Source: Coraliomargarita sp. (lineage in GTDB: Bacteria; Verrucomicrobiota; Verrucomicrobiia; Opitutales; Coraliomargaritaceae). Taken from it: a stretch of DNA of 64,000 nucleotides. Made by a program: the position numbers and the translations under genes. The stretch lies in contig OZ244160.1 in the NCBI GenBank assembly GCA_965216325.1, positions 1,312,001 through 1,376,000 of the forward strand, given 5' to 3'. Every line of letters begins with the position of its first letter. Within the stretch, counting starts at the first letter, position 1. This document shows positions 21,048 through 33,518 of the stretch, piece after piece. Below the pieces are notes generated by a model. It made no database searches, was not told where the DNA came from, and was given only the letters and a program-made list of their open reading frames with translations.

Positions 21048-22127
21048 TTAAGTAGTCAGCGTCGCTCCCGCCTCCATCAGCTTTTCGCGCATCGTATCGG
21101 GCAACTGTGACTTCGACAAGGCCTCGTCGCCCGAGATAAGACCTCGGTTGAACAAGCTCATCAAGTGCGCATCCAAACCAATCATTCCGTGTTTTGACCC
21201 CGTCTGAATATCGGAAGCAATACGGTAGGTTTTGTTTTCACGAATCAATTGAGCAATTGAAGTCGTCGTAATCATGATTTCAAAGGCAGCTACACGGCCA
21301 CCGCCCACCTTTTTACAAAGCACCTGGGAAATCACCGCAACGATAGAGGATGCCAACTGAGTGCGAATCTGGTCCTTCATATCCGCTGGAAATGCATCCA
21401 CAATACGGTCCACCGTGCGCGCGGCCCCGGTCGTATGCAAGGTAGCAAAGACCAAGTGGCCCGTTTCAGCAGCTCCGATGGCAGCCTCCACGGTCTCCAA
21501 ATCACGCATTTCACCCACCAAAATAACATCCGGATCCTGACGCAGCGCACCGCGAATGGCATCAGAGAAACTCGACACATCATTCCCGACTTCGCGCTGG
21601 GTCATAATGCAATTCTTGTGCTCATGGAAATACTCAATCGGATCTTCAATCGTGATGATGTGGCCATCACGGTTGCGATTAATCCAATCGATCATCGATG
21701 CCAAGGTCGTCGACTTACCTGAGCCCGTCGGCCCCGTCACCAGAATCAACCCGCGCGGTCGGCTAATTAACTCCTTAATTTTGTCGGGGAGTCCGATATC
21801 CGCCAACGAGAACAAATCATTGGGAATTTGGCGCAGCACCATTCCATACGCGCCCTTGGCACGCAGGACACTCACACGAAAGCGAGCTTTACCTAAAAAC
21901 GAAAAGCCGAAGTCAGCCCCACCGGTCGTCTTCAAACGCTCCTGATTCGTGGCCGACGTAATCGCCTTCATCAGATCTTCCGTTTGCTGCGGATCCAGCA
22001 ACGGTCCCTCGACCTGAGTCATGGTTCCATGAATACGCAAGGTCGGCGCCTGACCAACTTGGATGTGCAAGTCGGAAGCGCCTTGCTCTACCATTAACTC
22101 TAGTAAGTCATTGATTTCGTAGCTCAT
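21048..22127 (-). CDS. pilT: Pilus retraction ATPase
   Basis: [33 protein letters not shown] (AIRNLIRE-like). Confidence 0.95.
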   Translation of the reverse strand: MSYEINDLLELMVEQGASDLHIQVGQAPTLRIHGTMTQVEGPLLDPQQTEDLMKAITSATNQERLKTTGGADFGFSFLGKARFRVSVLRAKGAYGMVLRQIPNDLFSLADIGLPDKIKELISRPRGLILVTGPTGSGKSTTLASMIDWINRNRDGHIITIEDPIEYFHEHKNCIMTQREVGNDVSSFSDAIRGALRQDPDVILVGEMRDLETVEAAIGAAETGHLVFATLHTTGAARTVDRIVDAFPADMKDQIRTQLASSIVAVISQVLCKKVGGGRVAAFEIMITTTSIAQLIRENKTYRIASDIQTGSKHGMIGLDAHLMSLFNRGLISGDEALSKSQLPDTMREKLMEAGATLTT

Positions 22128-22168
22128 GGGTAATCAGAAACAGGGGTTATTGTTAATCAAGAGGAAAG

Positions 22169-23902
22169 CTAGGAGGGATCTTCTACAGTAACGTGGAGCA
22201 CCTCTTCTGAGGTGGTGACACCTGCCATAATCTTACGGATACCATCCTCACGCATCGTGCGCATGCCCATTTCACGAGACTTATTACGCAGGGCCACCAA
22301 ACTTGCATTTTCGTAGACCATCTGCTGCAACTCCTCATTCATAGTAAACATCTCGAAAATACCGACACGTCCACGGAAACCAGTCCCATTACACTTCGGA
22401 CAACCTGCACCACGCGAGAAATTGGCATCTGCGGTCTGGTCTGGACGAATACCCAGCGAATTGAGCAAACGCTCATCAGGCTCGTCCTCAGTCTTACAAT
22501 TTTGGCAAATCCGGCGCACAAGGCGCTGAGCCAGAGCAGCACGAAGCGAGGCCGAAACAAGGAATGGCTTAATGCCAATATCCACCAAACGACTGACCGC
22601 ACTCGGAGCGTCATTCGTGTGCAAGGTGCTGAACACCATGTGCCCGGTAAGCGAGGCATTCACCGCAATCTCAGCCGTTTCCTTGTCTCGAATCTCCCCG
22701 ACCATGATGATATTAGGCGCCTGACGGAGCATTGAGCGAAGCGCTGCAACAAATGTCATCCCGACGTCACGTCGGACCTGCACCTGATTGATACCAGCCA
22801 TCTCATACTCGACTGGATCTTCAACAGTGATGATCTTACGGTCCGGATGGTTAATGTAGTTGAGGGCCGAATATAGCGTGGTCGACTTACCGGAACCAGT
22901 CGGCCCCGTAACTAGAAAGATACCATCCGGCATCGCAATGATGCGCTCGAAGGTGGCTTGGTCATCACTAAAAAAACCAAGCTGGGGCAGACCAAGATTC
23001 AACCCCTCCTTGTCGAGAATACGCATAACAATACTCTCACCAAAGGCAGTAGGAAGGGTCGATACACGCAAGTCGATCACCTTAGCCCCAACCTTAATAT
23101 TGATACGGCCGTCAAGCGGCACACGCTTTTCCGCGATGCTCACATTCGACATCAGCTTGATACGCGAAACGATTGAAGGCTGCAAACGCTTGGGCGGATT
23201 CTCCACCTCATGCAACACACCATCAATACGATAACGCACGCGAAAACGCTTCTCCAGTGGCTCCATGTGAATATCAGAGGCACGTCGCTTAAGCGCTTCT
23301 GAAATCACCATGTGCACATATCGAATAATCGGCGCTTCGTCATCACCAGCGACACCGCCGCCACCAATTTCAACTTCGATTTCATCATCGATCTTCGTGC
23401 CGGAGTCATCTTCCATCCCGGCAAAAATATCGTCAACCTCCTGCATCTTCGCACCGTCATAATACTGATGAATCGCGTGTTCGACATCTGCCAGCGGCGC
23501 AACAACCGTGTTGATTGTGCGCTTAACCACATAACCGATGCTGTCGATCGCATCCATATCAAGCGGATCACAAATTGCCAACTGAACCTCAGTCTCATCG
23601 GCATGAATCGGGAAGACCTTATACTTATTCGCCAGATCGTAGCTAATTAAGTCAATTGCAGCAGTATCCACGCGGACATCCGCCAAATCGACGACATCCA
23701 TACTAAACTCGTCTGCAAGCACCTGCGCGACTTGCATCGGCTCGAGATGGTGCTCCGCGAGAAGCACATCCAGCGTCGCAGAGTCCACATCACCATCGAG
23801 ACCCTTCTCAATCGCATGCTCACGCGCAGCATCAATCGTATCCTGACCTACGATTGCTTTATCAATTAACAGTTGGAGGACAAAATCGTCAGCTGAGGTC
23901 AC
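22169..23902 (-). CDS. pilB: Second PilB/GspE-family ATPase
   Basis: [31 protein letters not shown] start. Confidence 0.92.
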   Translation of the reverse strand: MTSADDFVLQLLIDKAIVGQDTIDAAREHAIEKGLDGDVDSATLDVLLAEHHLEPMQVAQVLADEFSMDVVDLADVRVDTAAIDLISYDLANKYKVFPIHADETEVQLAICDPLDMDAIDSIGYVVKRTINTVVAPLADVEHAIHQYYDGAKMQEVDDIFAGMEDDSGTKIDDEIEVEIGGGGVAGDDEAPIIRYVHMVISEALKRRASDIHMEPLEKRFRVRYRIDGVLHEVENPPKRLQPSIVSRIKLMSNVSIAEKRVPLDGRINIKVGAKVIDLRVSTLPTAFGESIVMRILDKEGLNLGLPQLGFFSDDQATFERIIAMPDGIFLVTGPTGSGKSTTLYSALNYINHPDRKIITVEDPVEYEMAGINQVQVRRDVGMTFVAALRSMLRQAPNIIMVGEIRDKETAEIAVNASLTGHMVFSTLHTNDAPSAVSRLVDIGIKPFLVSASLRAALAQRLVRRICQNCKTEDEPDERLLNSLGIRPDQTADANFSRGAGCPKCNGTGFRGRVGIFEMFTMNEELQQMVYENASLVALRNKSREMGMRTMREDGIRKIMAGVTTSEEVLHVTVEDPS

Positions 23903-23941
23903 TTATATTACTGGGTGGGGATGGAATTTTGAAAAGTAGAA

Positions 23942-25861
23942 CTAACGTGAAACGCTCATCAGGAATTCCGCATTGTTGCTAGTCTTCTTGATTCGTTGGA
24001 TAAGCATTTCCATAGCATCCACGGACGGTATGCCTTTCATAGCCCTACGCAATGAATAAATTTTGAGCATTTCGTCTGGGTGGTAGAGCAATTCCTCCTT
24101 ACGGGTGCCGCTCTTTTCCATGCTTAGGGCTGGGAAAATGCGCTTATCGGAGAGGCCACGATCGAGGTGCAACTCCATGTTACCCGTGCCCTTGAACTCC
24201 TCGAAAATCACCTCGTCCATCTTACTACCAGTCTCGACCAAAGCAGTTGCCAGAATCGTCAGACTGCCGCCGTCCTCGATATTACGTGCAGAGCCGAAGA
24301 AACGCTTAGGTCGTTGCAGCGCATTCGCTTCCACACCACCGGAGAGAATCTTACCGCTATTCGGCATCATGGTATTGTAGGCACGGGCCAAACGGGTGAC
24401 CGAGTCGAGCAGAATCACCACATCGCGACCGACCTCCACCATGCGACGAGCCTTCTCGATCACCATCTCTGCAGCGTGCACGTGACTTTCAGCAGACTCA
24501 TCAAAAGTCGAGCTAATCACCTCACCATGCACCTGCCTACGGAAGTCGGTCACCTCCTCCGGGCGCTCGTCGATTAACAAAATTATTAAATGTGCGTCGG
24601 GGTAGCTCTGCTGAATCGCGTTGGCCATCCCCTGCATCAGAACTGTCTTACCGGTGCGTGGCGGCGCCACGATCAAACCACGCTGACCAAAACCAACTGG
24701 AGTCAAGCAGTCAACGACACGCATCGAAAGGTTGTCCCACTTCGACTCGGAACTGGTCTCCAAAAGAATTCGGCTGGTTGGGTAATAAGGCACACGCTCA
24801 GTGAATGGCACAATTTCCGCCAAAGTCTCGGGATCACGGTCCATCACCTGGTTAACACGAACCACAAACGGACAAGTCTCGCCCTCACGGTGCGGGTGTA
24901 ATTGGGCCTGAACGATATGCCCACGCTGCAGGCCATAACGTTCAATCAAAACCTGGGGCACAAAAGCGCTCAACCCTCGCTGACGGTAGCTATCGCGCTC
25001 GTACACGAGGACACCGCCCTCATCATCCTCCAAGACATCCAGCACACCAGTCGTTGTAATCGCGACTTTCTGCTCACCTGCCGCAGCAATCATAGCGTCC
25101 AAGATCTGCTCTCGATTCGCTGCTGGCGCCGTCTTCACCCCGCTCGCTTCAACTTCGGCACGAAGCTCAGGTAGCGGCAAGTCGTAGATACGGTTGAAGT
25201 CCAAGCCCTCACCCTCGCCAGACTTCAACTCATCCGCCTTCGCGCAAATCGCCTCAAAATCCTCAAATAGCTCGTAGTCCGGAAGGTCGCCATAGTTGAA
25301 ACTTGAGCCCTCCTCCTTGATCACCTTCTTCTTATTCTTCTGCCAACGCGCCTTCTTCTTGCTTGGTTGATTCTTGTTCTTGTTGAACTTGTTATTGCGA
25401 TTTTGGCGATCGTTCTGGTGACGACCATGCTTCGGGTGCGGCTTCTTGCCATGGCCCTGCCCCTGAGACTTTGACGCATCAACCGGGTCTGGCTTCGCCT
25501 CCCCAGCCGGCTTATCTTCAGCAGCAGGCTTCGCATCCTCACGCGGCGTAGGAGGATCAATCGGCCCCGGCACGAAGCTATTTTGCTCAATCATGTCATC
25601 ATCCGAAGTGCTAAAGCTGGTTGGAATCTCGCCTTTATCATCCACCGGAGATGGCTTGCTAAAATCAGAACCGCCGCCGATCTCAAGCTGCTCAGGCTCC
25701 GCCGCTTTGGCTACTTTTTTAGCAGCGCGCTTCTTCGCAGACTTCTTCTTCGCCGCCTTCTTCGCAGACTTCTTTTTCGCCGCACGCTTCTTCACCGGCG
25801 TTTCCACGGCCTCTGCAGGCACAATTTCTTCAATGGGGGTGTTTTCTTCGTCTAAGCTCAT
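23942..25861 (-). CDS. rho: Transcription termination factor Rho with long low-complexity N-terminal extension
   Basis: [47 protein letters not shown]; start chosen at MSLDEEN. Confidence 0.97.
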   Translation of the reverse strand: MSLDEENTPIEEIVPAEAVETPVKKRAAKKKSAKKAAKKKSAKKRAAKKVAKAAEPEQLEIGGGSDFSKPSPVDDKGEIPTSFSTSDDDMIEQNSFVPGPIDPPTPREDAKPAAEDKPAGEAKPDPVDASKSQGQGHGKKPHPKHGRHQNDRQNRNNKFNKNKNQPSKKKARWQKNKKKVIKEEGSSFNYGDLPDYELFEDFEAICAKADELKSGEGEGLDFNRIYDLPLPELRAEVEASGVKTAPAANREQILDAMIAAAGEQKVAITTTGVLDVLEDDEGGVLVYERDSYRQRGLSAFVPQVLIERYGLQRGHIVQAQLHPHREGETCPFVVRVNQVMDRDPETLAEIVPFTERVPYYPTSRILLETSSESKWDNLSMRVVDCLTPVGFGQRGLIVAPPRTGKTVLMQGMANAIQQSYPDAHLIILLIDERPEEVTDFRRQVHGEVISSTFDESAESHVHAAEMVIEKARRMVEVGRDVVILLDSVTRLARAYNTMMPNSGKILSGGVEANALQRPKRFFGSARNIEDGGSLTILATALVETGSKMDEVIFEEFKGTGNMELHLDRGLSDKRIFPALSMEKSGTRKEELLYHPDEMLKIYSLRRAMKGIPSVDAMEMLIQRIKKTSNNAEFLMSVSR

Positions 25862-25928
25862 AGCTTGTAAAAATGAGGATTGGAACCACTTACCCGGCAC
25901 TTACCGATAGTGTGCACGGGCACGGCAC

Positions 25929-26510
25929 TTACGCATGCCGAATTTGTTCGATCAAATGAGTCGTTTGCAATTTAAGAAAATCTAAGCTTCCATTATTCGA
26001 GATGACGTGATGCGCACGGACAACTTTCTCTTCGAGAGGCATTTGTCGCTGGCGTCGCTGTTCAACTTCATCACCAGAATATCCCCGGTTCACCATACGG
26101 CGATCTATAACAGCAGCGGTACAACTAACACACACAGTTAAATCGAATTCTGTTTCAAGCCTTTTTTCAAACAGAAGTGGTATCTCGACGAGCCAATCCG
26201 CCTCAGGATCTGCAGCAACCTTCGACTTCCATGCATCCCGCACCAGTGGATGCAGAAGCCCCTCTAGCCAGCGCAGTTCAGCGTCGTCTGCAAACACGCG
26301 CTCAGCGATTGCCTTGCGATCAACCTGCCCGGCAGCATCAAACACCGCCACACCCCAATGCCCTCTCAAAGCCGTATGCACGTGCGGATCAGACCGTAAA
26401 AGCTCCCGCACGACTTCGTCACTTTCGATCGTTCGCCAGCCAGCTTCAGCAAAAAAACGCACAACGGTTGATTTTCCACAACCAATCCCTCCTGTAAGTC
26501 CAACACGCAT
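25929..26510 (-). CDS. coaE: Dephospho-CoA kinase
   Basis: [34 protein letters not shown]. Confidence 0.95.
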   Translation of the reverse strand: MRVGLTGGIGCGKSTVVRFFAEAGWRTIESDEVVRELLRSDPHVHTALRGHWGVAVFDAAGQVDRKAIAERVFADDAELRWLEGLLHPLVRDAWKSKVAADPEADWLVEIPLLFEKRLETEFDLTVCVSCTAAVIDRRMVNRGYSGDEVEQRRQRQMPLEEKVVRAHHVISNNGSLDFLKLQTTHLIEQIRHA

Positions 26511-26603
26511 TGAATGAGTAAAAATAGATCCAGCCAAGGACAGGCCAACGATATAAAGAAGTGACAAACGCCGCAACTTGCGCACGCTCTTAAAATTAGA
26601 TTT

Positions 26604-28151
26604 ATGCTGGGAATTACACAATCAGCCGCACTAGTCGGCGTCGACGCTCATCCCGTTCAGGTTGAAGTCAATACGGGCGAAGCCGGCGAACTCAAATTTA
26701 TTTTGGTCGGCCTGCCCGATACCGCGGTCAAAGAGTCGCAAGACCGCGTATTTTCAGCAATCAACAACAGTGGCTACCGCATGCCCGCAACTCGCACCAC
26801 GATAAATCTTGCTCCGGGCGGCTTACGCAAAGAAGGCCCGGCCTACGACCTGCCAATCGCGCTCGGTATCCTCGCCTCGATGAAACAGTGCGAATCCAGC
26901 CGCCTCGACAACTTTCTAATCGCGGGCGAACTTAGTCTGTCAGGCAAGACACGCCCCGTAAAGGGCGCATTGGCAATGGCGATGCTCGCCCGCAAGCTTG
27001 GCAAGCAAGGGCTCATCATCCCCTCAGAATCCGTCGACGAAGCCGCGTTAGTCAACGACATCGCCGTTTATCCCGTCGGCAGCCTGGACGAAACAGTTCG
27101 TTTCCTCAATGGCGAGCGTGAGTTACTGCCAGCAAGGCGCGGCCAGAGCCATTATTTTCAAGAACGTCCCGAAGCCCAGCAACTGGACTTCTCGGAAGTC
27201 AAAGGCCAGCACGCGGTGCGCCGCGCAGTCGAAATCGCCGTCAGCGGTGGTCACAATCTCCTGATGATCGGGAGCCCTGGATCCGGCAAGTCCATGATCG
27301 CCAAACGCATCCCAACCATCATGCCGAGGCCAGGCATCGATGAATTCCTAGAGATTCTCAGCATTCAATCCGCGGCAGGAGCCACTCTGGATGCAGCGAG
27401 CCGCCACTATGAACGCCCCTTCAGATCGCCACACCACACGATATCAGACGTAGGGCTACTCGGCGGCGGCACTATCCCCGGCCCGGGCGAAATCTCGCTG
27501 GCACACAACGGAGTGCTCTTTCTCGATGAACTGCCGGAATTCAAGCGCTCCGCCCTAGAAGTGCTTCGCCAACCCCTAGAAGATGGCAAAGTTACCATCT
27601 CACGCAGCGCCGGCAAAATCACCCTCCCCTGCTCTGTCATGCTGGTCGCAGCCATGAACCCCTGCCCCTGCGGCTACACCGGTGACAATAGCCGCGAGTG
27701 TCGCTGCACCGTGCCGCAGATCCAACGCTATCGCTCGAAAATCAGCGGCCCCCTTCTCGACCGCATCGATTTGCATGTGGAAGCGCCCGCCTTGCGCATC
27801 GAAGAACTCCGTGATGCGACCCCCGGCGAGAGCTCAGCAACCATGCGCGAGCGCTGCGAAGCCGCACGCAACCGTCAATATCGACGTTTCAACGAGCAAG
27901 CAGATGCTGCGAAGCGCTGCAATGCACGCATGTCACACTCTCAAATCCGCAAGTATTGCAACATCAACAAGGAGCAGGGAGATCTACTGCAACAGGCAAT
28001 GGAACAGCTGTCCCTCTCCGCACGTGCCTATGATCGCATTCTAAAAGTGGCTCGAACGATTGCAGATTTGTCAGATTGTGATGAATTAGAGACAGCCCAC
28101 CTTCTAGAGGCGATCCAATACCGGAGTCTCGACCGCTCCCTTTTCTACTAA
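26604..28151 (+). CDS. comM: ComM/YifB Mg-chelatase-like AAA+ helicase
   Basis: [53 protein letters not shown]. Confidence 0.95.
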   Translation: MLGITQSAALVGVDAHPVQVEVNTGEAGELKFILVGLPDTAVKESQDRVFSAINNSGYRMPATRTTINLAPGGLRKEGPAYDLPIALGILASMKQCESSRLDNFLIAGELSLSGKTRPVKGALAMAMLARKLGKQGLIIPSESVDEAALVNDIAVYPVGSLDETVRFLNGERELLPARRGQSHYFQERPEAQQLDFSEVKGQHAVRRAVEIAVSGGHNLLMIGSPGSGKSMIAKRIPTIMPRPGIDEFLEILSIQSAAGATLDAASRHYERPFRSPHHTISDVGLLGGGTIPGPGEISLAHNGVLFLDELPEFKRSALEVLRQPLEDGKVTISRSAGKITLPCSVMLVAAMNPCPCGYTGDNSRECRCTVPQIQRYRSKISGPLLDRIDLHVEAPALRIEELRDATPGESSATMRERCEAARNRQYRRFNEQADAAKRCNARMSHSQIRKYCNINKEQGDLLQQAMEQLSLSARAYDRILKVARTIADLSDCDELETAHLLEAIQYRSLDRSLFY

Positions 28152-28270
28152 ACTACTTACCTCAGCTGTATTCCGCAAAAGGAACGCATTTATAGAAAAA
28201 TGAGTTTTTCTAGCTAATACAGCTTGCACTAGATGCCCCAATCACTCAGAGAAACTACCTATTAACCAAT

Positions 28271-28358
<88 letters not shown>

Positions 28359-28371
28359 TTTATTTTTATCG

Positions 28372-29016
28372 ATGAAGACCGTCGCAATCATTGAAGACCA
28401 AACTGCCATCCGCGAGATGATGAGCCAAGCGATCTTGAATCGCGACGAATTTGAAGTCGTGCTGGATTGCGGCGATGGCCAACTCGGCTTAGACAAGACA
28501 CTCGAACTGAAGCCAGACTTCGTCATACTCGACGTCATGTTGCCGAACCTGAACGGCACCGAAATCCTTCGCCGCATCGCAAGCGAACTTCCCGACGCAC
28601 GCGTCTTAATCTTTTCCGGTTACCAATCCCCGGGGCTCGTTCGCGAGCTATTACAAGCGGGAGCACATGGCTTCGTCGAAAAGTCCGCCCCCTTGACTGA
28701 GCTCAAAAAAGGTATCGAAATTGTGGCAGGAGGCGGCAGTTATTTTGGCCCCGAAGTAGCCCTACTGCTTCGCGAAGCAATGGCTGACCCAAAATCCAAG
28801 GAGTCTGGTATCAATGTGCTCACCAAGCGTGAACGCCAAATCCTGCAACTGATTGCTGAAAGTAATAGCACTCGCGAGATCGCGGAAAAACTGGATATCA
28901 GTGTAAAGACCGCCGAAAACCACCGCACTAACTTGATGCGCAAGCTCGACCTCCACGACGTCGCCAGCCTGACCCGCTACGCCATCAACCACGGCCTCGT
29001 GGTCATGGGCAGCTAA
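28372..29016 (+). CDS. NarL/LuxR-family response regulator
   Basis: REC domain (ED, LDVMLP, K) plus [22 protein letters not shown]. Confidence 0.95.
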   Translation: MKTVAIIEDQTAIREMMSQAILNRDEFEVVLDCGDGQLGLDKTLELKPDFVILDVMLPNLNGTEILRRIASELPDARVLIFSGYQSPGLVRELLQAGAHGFVEKSAPLTELKKGIEIVAGGGSYFGPEVALLLREAMADPKSKESGINVLTKRERQILQLIAESNSTREIAEKLDISVKTAENHRTNLMRKLDLHDVASLTRYAINHGLVVMGS

Positions 29017-29849
29017 CACACTGCCGCCAAGCGGTCAGCAAGTATTTCAAGCAGCAGTGGGTGCTCACCCAGTAGAGGTGTGCGAATGATACTAGTGTAA
29101 GCACCACGTGCGCACAGCTCATCGCAGATCTCGGCAACATCCCCCCCCTCTCCGGCGTGTCGCCCCGGCAGAAGAAAAAACATGGCCGCGAGCAAACTGC
29201 CCCCGGAAAATCCGTCAACTTGATCGACCCGCTCCAATAGTGGCTCATTGAAGTCATATTCAGGGTCATCCCTGCGTTCCATCGACGATGCACAAATACG
29301 CAATTCCGGAAGCCGCTCAGCTAATTGAGCCGCAACTGCATTCCTAAGAGTATTCACTGGCGCATAGGGCGTGCCATGATCCACCAAAGCAACTTTGGCT
29401 TCAGACAAAGCCTCTCGCCCTAAGATCCTACGAACGGAATGCTCCAAGATCTCAGCCAAACGCGGATCCGGAGCGCGCACATCGGCTCCGGCGATCGTTC
29501 CTGCAACAACGACTTCCAAGCCCAAATACTCATCGCCGACCTCATCAATAACCTGAGGCACATAGTCAACGATTGCACGACTGGGCCCCAAAAAGAGCGG
29601 CAGAATAATAAAACGACGCTTCCCCTCCTTAGCAGCAGCACGCAGAGCACGTTTCAGAATCGTTGCTGGCTCGCCCCCCAACTGATCGGGATCAATCTTG
29701 TGTGAATGGAGCAGGCTAACCGGCTGAACCGATGTGCCCAGATGTTCTGAAAGCGCAGCAGCGAGGGCGCGCAAAGCAAGTGTCGCCTGCGGGCGCAGCG
29801 AGCCATTATCGACTAAAAAGATCTCGGGTGATTCTGCCTTGGGCATCAT
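29013..29849 (-). CDS. CbiX/SirB-like chelatase
   Basis: [27 protein letters not shown] two-domain pattern. Confidence 0.8.
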   Translation of the reverse strand: MMPKAESPEIFLVDNGSLRPQATLALRALAAALSEHLGTSVQPVSLLHSHKIDPDQLGGEPATILKRALRAAAKEGKRRFIILPLFLGPSRAIVDYVPQVIDEVGDEYLGLEVVVAGTIAGADVRAPDPRLAEILEHSVRRILGREALSEAKVALVDHGTPYAPVNTLRNAVAAQLAERLPELRICASSMERRDDPEYDFNEPLLERVDQVDGFSGGSLLAAMFFLLPGRHAGEGGDVAEICDELCARGAYTSIIRTPLLGEHPLLLEILADRLAAVC

Positions 29850-29932
29850 GGACTTGTGTTTGAATATTTCTGTCTCTGAGCAAAGGAAAAAGTTTGCGCG
29901 AGACAAACCAAGCACCCACATTTTTCGGCACT

Positions 29933-30526
29933 ATGGTAAAGTCGCTTCGAAACTCTCTCTTCCTGATCATCGCAGCGCTGTTGCTAACAGCCTGCCCCAA
30001 GAAACAAGGCCCCACTCCATCGGGTAACGCAACTGGTGGCGGCATCCCCGCCGAGCGCATTAACGGCGAATTCATTCCGGATGGCGACGGAAGCGGCGAC
30101 TGGGGCATGGACGGTGGCGACCTCGCTGACCTCGGTCGTGACTCGGGCGACATGATTGCCAACGGCATGTATGGCGAATACACCATGGTTGAAAATGTTT
30201 TACCTTCGGTGTTCTTCGGCTTCGACTCCTCGGCAATTTCTGGCACCGAGCGCAGTAAACTCCAGCAAGCAGCCAACTACCTCGCCGACAATCCAGCCGA
30301 AAAACTCCTCCTTGAAGGTCATTGCGACTGGTATGGCACAGCCGAATACAACCTCGCACTCGGCGATCGCCGTGCAATCAGTGCTCGCGACTACCTAATC
30401 ACACTTGGCGTGCAAGCCGACCGCGTTGAAACACTTTCCAAGGGCAGCCTCGAATCAACTGGCGGCCTCTCTAAGACAGAATCCTCTCAAGACCGTCGCG
30501 CGGACGTGATCGTGCTGAGAAAATAA
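29933..30526 (+). CDS. pal: OmpA/Pal-family peptidoglycan-associated lipoprotein
   Basis: Lipobox LLTAC, FFGFDSS, EGHCD..GTAEYNLALGDRRA, DRRAD. Confidence 0.9.
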   Translation: MVKSLRNSLFLIIAALLLTACPKKQGPTPSGNATGGGIPAERINGEFIPDGDGSGDWGMDGGDLADLGRDSGDMIANGMYGEYTMVENVLPSVFFGFDSSAISGTERSKLQQAANYLADNPAEKLLLEGHCDWYGTAEYNLALGDRRAISARDYLITLGVQADRVETLSKGSLESTGGLSKTESSQDRRADVIVLRK

Positions 30527-30546
30527 TCCGACTTTCCGACTTACCA

Positions 30547-30579
30547 GAAAGCCCGCTCTTAACCGAGCGGGCTTTTTTT
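30547..30579 (+). terminator. Intrinsic terminator after pal
   Basis: AAAGCCCGCTC-TTAACC-GAGCGGGCTTTTTTT. Confidence 0.9.
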
Positions 30580-30605
30580 ATGAACTGACAACGCCACGAC
30601 TAACG

Positions 30606-32374
30606 ATGCCTCCGATATTTACCAAACGCCATAGCTGGGCTTGGCTAGTCTGCCTAATCCTGCTTTCCGGATTCCTCCTGACCAGTATTAGCAGTTACCA
30701 CGTAACACGTGGCAACATGCGCGAAACTATCGTCAACAGTACGCTACCGCTCACCTCTGACAACGTCTACTCGGAGATACAGCGCGACTTACTCAGCCCA
30801 GTGTTCATTGCATCACTCATGGCAAACGACACCTTCCTCCGCGACTGGGCGATGAGCGGAGAGCAAGATGTAGAGGCAATTACCCGCTATCTAAACGAGA
30901 TTAAAATCAAATAAAGCACCGTCACTAGCTTCTTCGTCTCAGATAAAACTCATAAATACTACCACGCCCACGGCATACTCAAAGAAGTCAAAGAAAGCGA
31001 TCCGCGCGACAAATGGTATTTTCGTGCACGAGACATTATGGAGCCCTACGAGATCAACGTGGATCCTGATGCTGCCAACGCTGACGAGATGACGATCTTC
31101 ATCAACTACCGAACCTGCGACTATGAAGGAAACCTGCTGGGAGTCACCGGCGTCGGGCTAACTGTAAACAGTGTCAACAATCTCATCAGCCGCCATGAAG
31201 CAAAGTTCAAGCGCCAGATCTATTTCGCAGATCAAGACGGCAACATCGTATTACGCCCCGCCAACAGCTCACTACTTAACTACCCAGACTTAAACTCAAT
31301 CGAAGGACTGAAGAGCCAGCAAACCAAACAGCTGCTCTCTAATAAACGCAGCAAGCTTAGCTACCTACGTGGCGGCGAAACACGCCTTGTTAATTGCCAC
31401 TACGTGCCCGAACTCGACTGGTATCTAATCGTCGAACAAAGCGAGTCGGTAATGCTCGCCCCCATTCGTGAACAGCTTTTCTTCAATATACTGCTCGCCC
31501 TAGCGGTAACCTCAGTGGTGGCATGTATCTGTATCACAGCCATCAATCGCCACCAATCGAAGATTCACCGCCGCAACGACGAACTCATAAAAATCAACCA
31601 AGAGAACGAAGCTCACAAACAAGAACTGCTACAAGCCACTCAGAAACTGGAAAGCGCCAACAAACGCCTGAGCCAATTGAACGCTGAGAAAGACGAATTT
31701 CTCAGTATCGTCGCACATGACTTACGTAGCCCGCTGAATGCAATCATCGGATTCTGTGACATGGCTGAAGCGGAGGATGAAGACGAAGCGTTCGATATCG
31801 GTCCTTTTGTAAGCGACATCAAAGACTCAGGAGAGCGAATGCTCGAACTCACCCAAAAGCTGCTCGAGGTTTCACGCATTGAAGCCTTTCAAGGCATCAT
31901 CGAAACGGAGGAGGTCGACTGGAATGCTGTTATCGAAATCTCTGCGGGGCACTTCGCACGACAAGCCCAAGACAAAAAATCCAAGTCCAGCTATCGCTGG
32001 AAGCCACAACAGGAATCATCACGCAAAGCCGCTCCGATTGGCTGCAAATCTGCATGGGCAACCTAATTAGCAATGCGATCAAATACATGCCTCGCTATGG
32101 ACAACTCTCCATTTACACTCGCCTGCTCGACAACTCGATTAAAATCAATGTCAAAGACAGCGGCCCTGGGATCAGCGAAGAGGACCAAAAGAAAATGTTC
32201 GGCAAGTTCGTTCGCCTAAGCGCGAAGCCTACAGCAAATGAGCCCTCAACCGGACTCGGGCTCTACATCGTGAAGAAAATGTGTGAGCGCCTCGGGCTCG
32301 ACATTCGCGTAAATAGTGCACTAGGCGAAGGCACCGTCTTTACACTGATCCAGCAATTAAGCGCAAACGATTGA
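30606..32374 (+). pseudogene. Cache-domain sensor histidine kinase broken by a nonsense codon and a frameshift
   Basis: ORFs 30606 and 31038 share a frame across TAA 30912-30914; H-box AHDLRSPL; HATPase (NLISNAIKY, DSGPG, GLGL) continues in another frame after the A6 run 31974-31979. Confidence 0.85.
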
Positions 32375-32409
32375 GTTGCAGCCACAGCCCGGACTTCTAG
32401 CCTACCGAT

Positions 32410-33507
32410 ATGGTCGATTTCATCACGCGCTTTCTCGCAAACACTTGGCAACTGGTTGCCGAGATGGCACCCTACTTACTACTCGGCTTTGTAGTCGCTG
32501 GCCTATTGCATCTGCTAATTCGCCGCGAATGGGTGCAACGCTGGCTCGGCAAGCCAGGCCTAGGAGGCGTCGCAAAGGCCTGCCTCGTGGGAGTCCCAAT
32601 GCCATTGTGTTCCTGCTCGGTCATTCCAGTAGCAGCGTCCCTCCGCAAGAGTGGAGCCTCAAAAGGCGCAACAGCATCCTTCTTAAGCTCAACACCGCAG
32701 ACCGGCGTTGATAGCATCTTAGCAACCTATGCATTGATGGGAGGCATGTTTACAATAGTGCGCATCGCCGTTGCCTTCATCAGCGGATTAGTCTCGGGAT
32801 TACTAGTCGACCTTTTCACCAAACAAGATGCGAAGGCCAAGGCACCCTCCATATCTGCTAGTATAAGCCTAACTCCGATTCAGCCAGCAGCCTCGACTTT
32901 TTCAAGCTTAAGCCCCCCCACCCCTACGAAGCAACAGCCCGCAAAAAAACGTACTGTCTACGATGCCTTGCATTACGGGTTGGTCACACTCCCCGCAGAC
33001 TTGGCCAAGGCACTCATCTTCGGACTAGTTCTCGCAGGATTGATTACCACGATCCTACCCGAACAATGGATCAGCGGCAATTGGAGCAGCGGACCTCTCG
33101 CCTTCTTACTTGCGACCGCGATTAGCCTACCTCTCTACGTATGCGCGACCGCATCAATTCCTATGGCATACGCACTGATGGCCGCTGGCCTCTCTCCCGG
33201 CGCAGCTTTGATCTTTCTCATCATGGGGCCAGCAACCAATACCGCCACCGTCGTCGCCGTCTGGCAAATGCTCGGTCGCACAGCCACACTCACTTATCTG
33301 GCTAGCTTACTTGCGATTTCTTGGCTAGCGGCATGGCTATTTAATCACAACAGCCCGAGCATGGACTCTGGCGCGCCCCTCCATGTGCACGCAGAGCATA
33401 CGCTTTCCATGTTACAACATCTTGCGGGCTTGAGCCTGATTGCCCTATTGCTCATCGCAGGTATTCTCAGTAGACGTAAAACCAGTCAAAGCTGCTGCTC
33501 CAACTGA
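32410..33507 (+). CDS. Predicted metal permease (SO_0444/ArsP-like)
   Basis: PLCSCSVIP, STPQTGVDS, LYVCATASIP, GPATN; His/Cys-rich tail. Confidence 0.88.
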   Translation: MVDFITRFLANTWQLVAEMAPYLLLGFVVAGLLHLLIRREWVQRWLGKPGLGGVAKACLVGVPMPLCSCSVIPVAASLRKSGASKGATASFLSSTPQTGVDSILATYALMGGMFTIVRIAVAFISGLVSGLLVDLFTKQDAKAKAPSISASISLTPIQPAASTFSSLSPPTPTKQQPAKKRTVYDALHYGLVTLPADLAKALIFGLVLAGLITTILPEQWISGNWSSGPLAFLLATAISLPLYVCATASIPMAYALMAAGLSPGAALIFLIMGPATNTATVVAVWQMLGRTATLTYLASLLAISWLAAWLFNHNSPSMDSGAPLHVHAEHTLSMLQHLAGLSLIALLLIAGILSRRKTSQSCCSN

Positions 33508-33518
33508 ACATTCCTATC

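Noticed and set aside
30912..30914. Programmed stop-codon recoding in the kinase
   Set aside because: The codon is TAA, which other genes here use as a normal stop, and a second frameshift lesion is present
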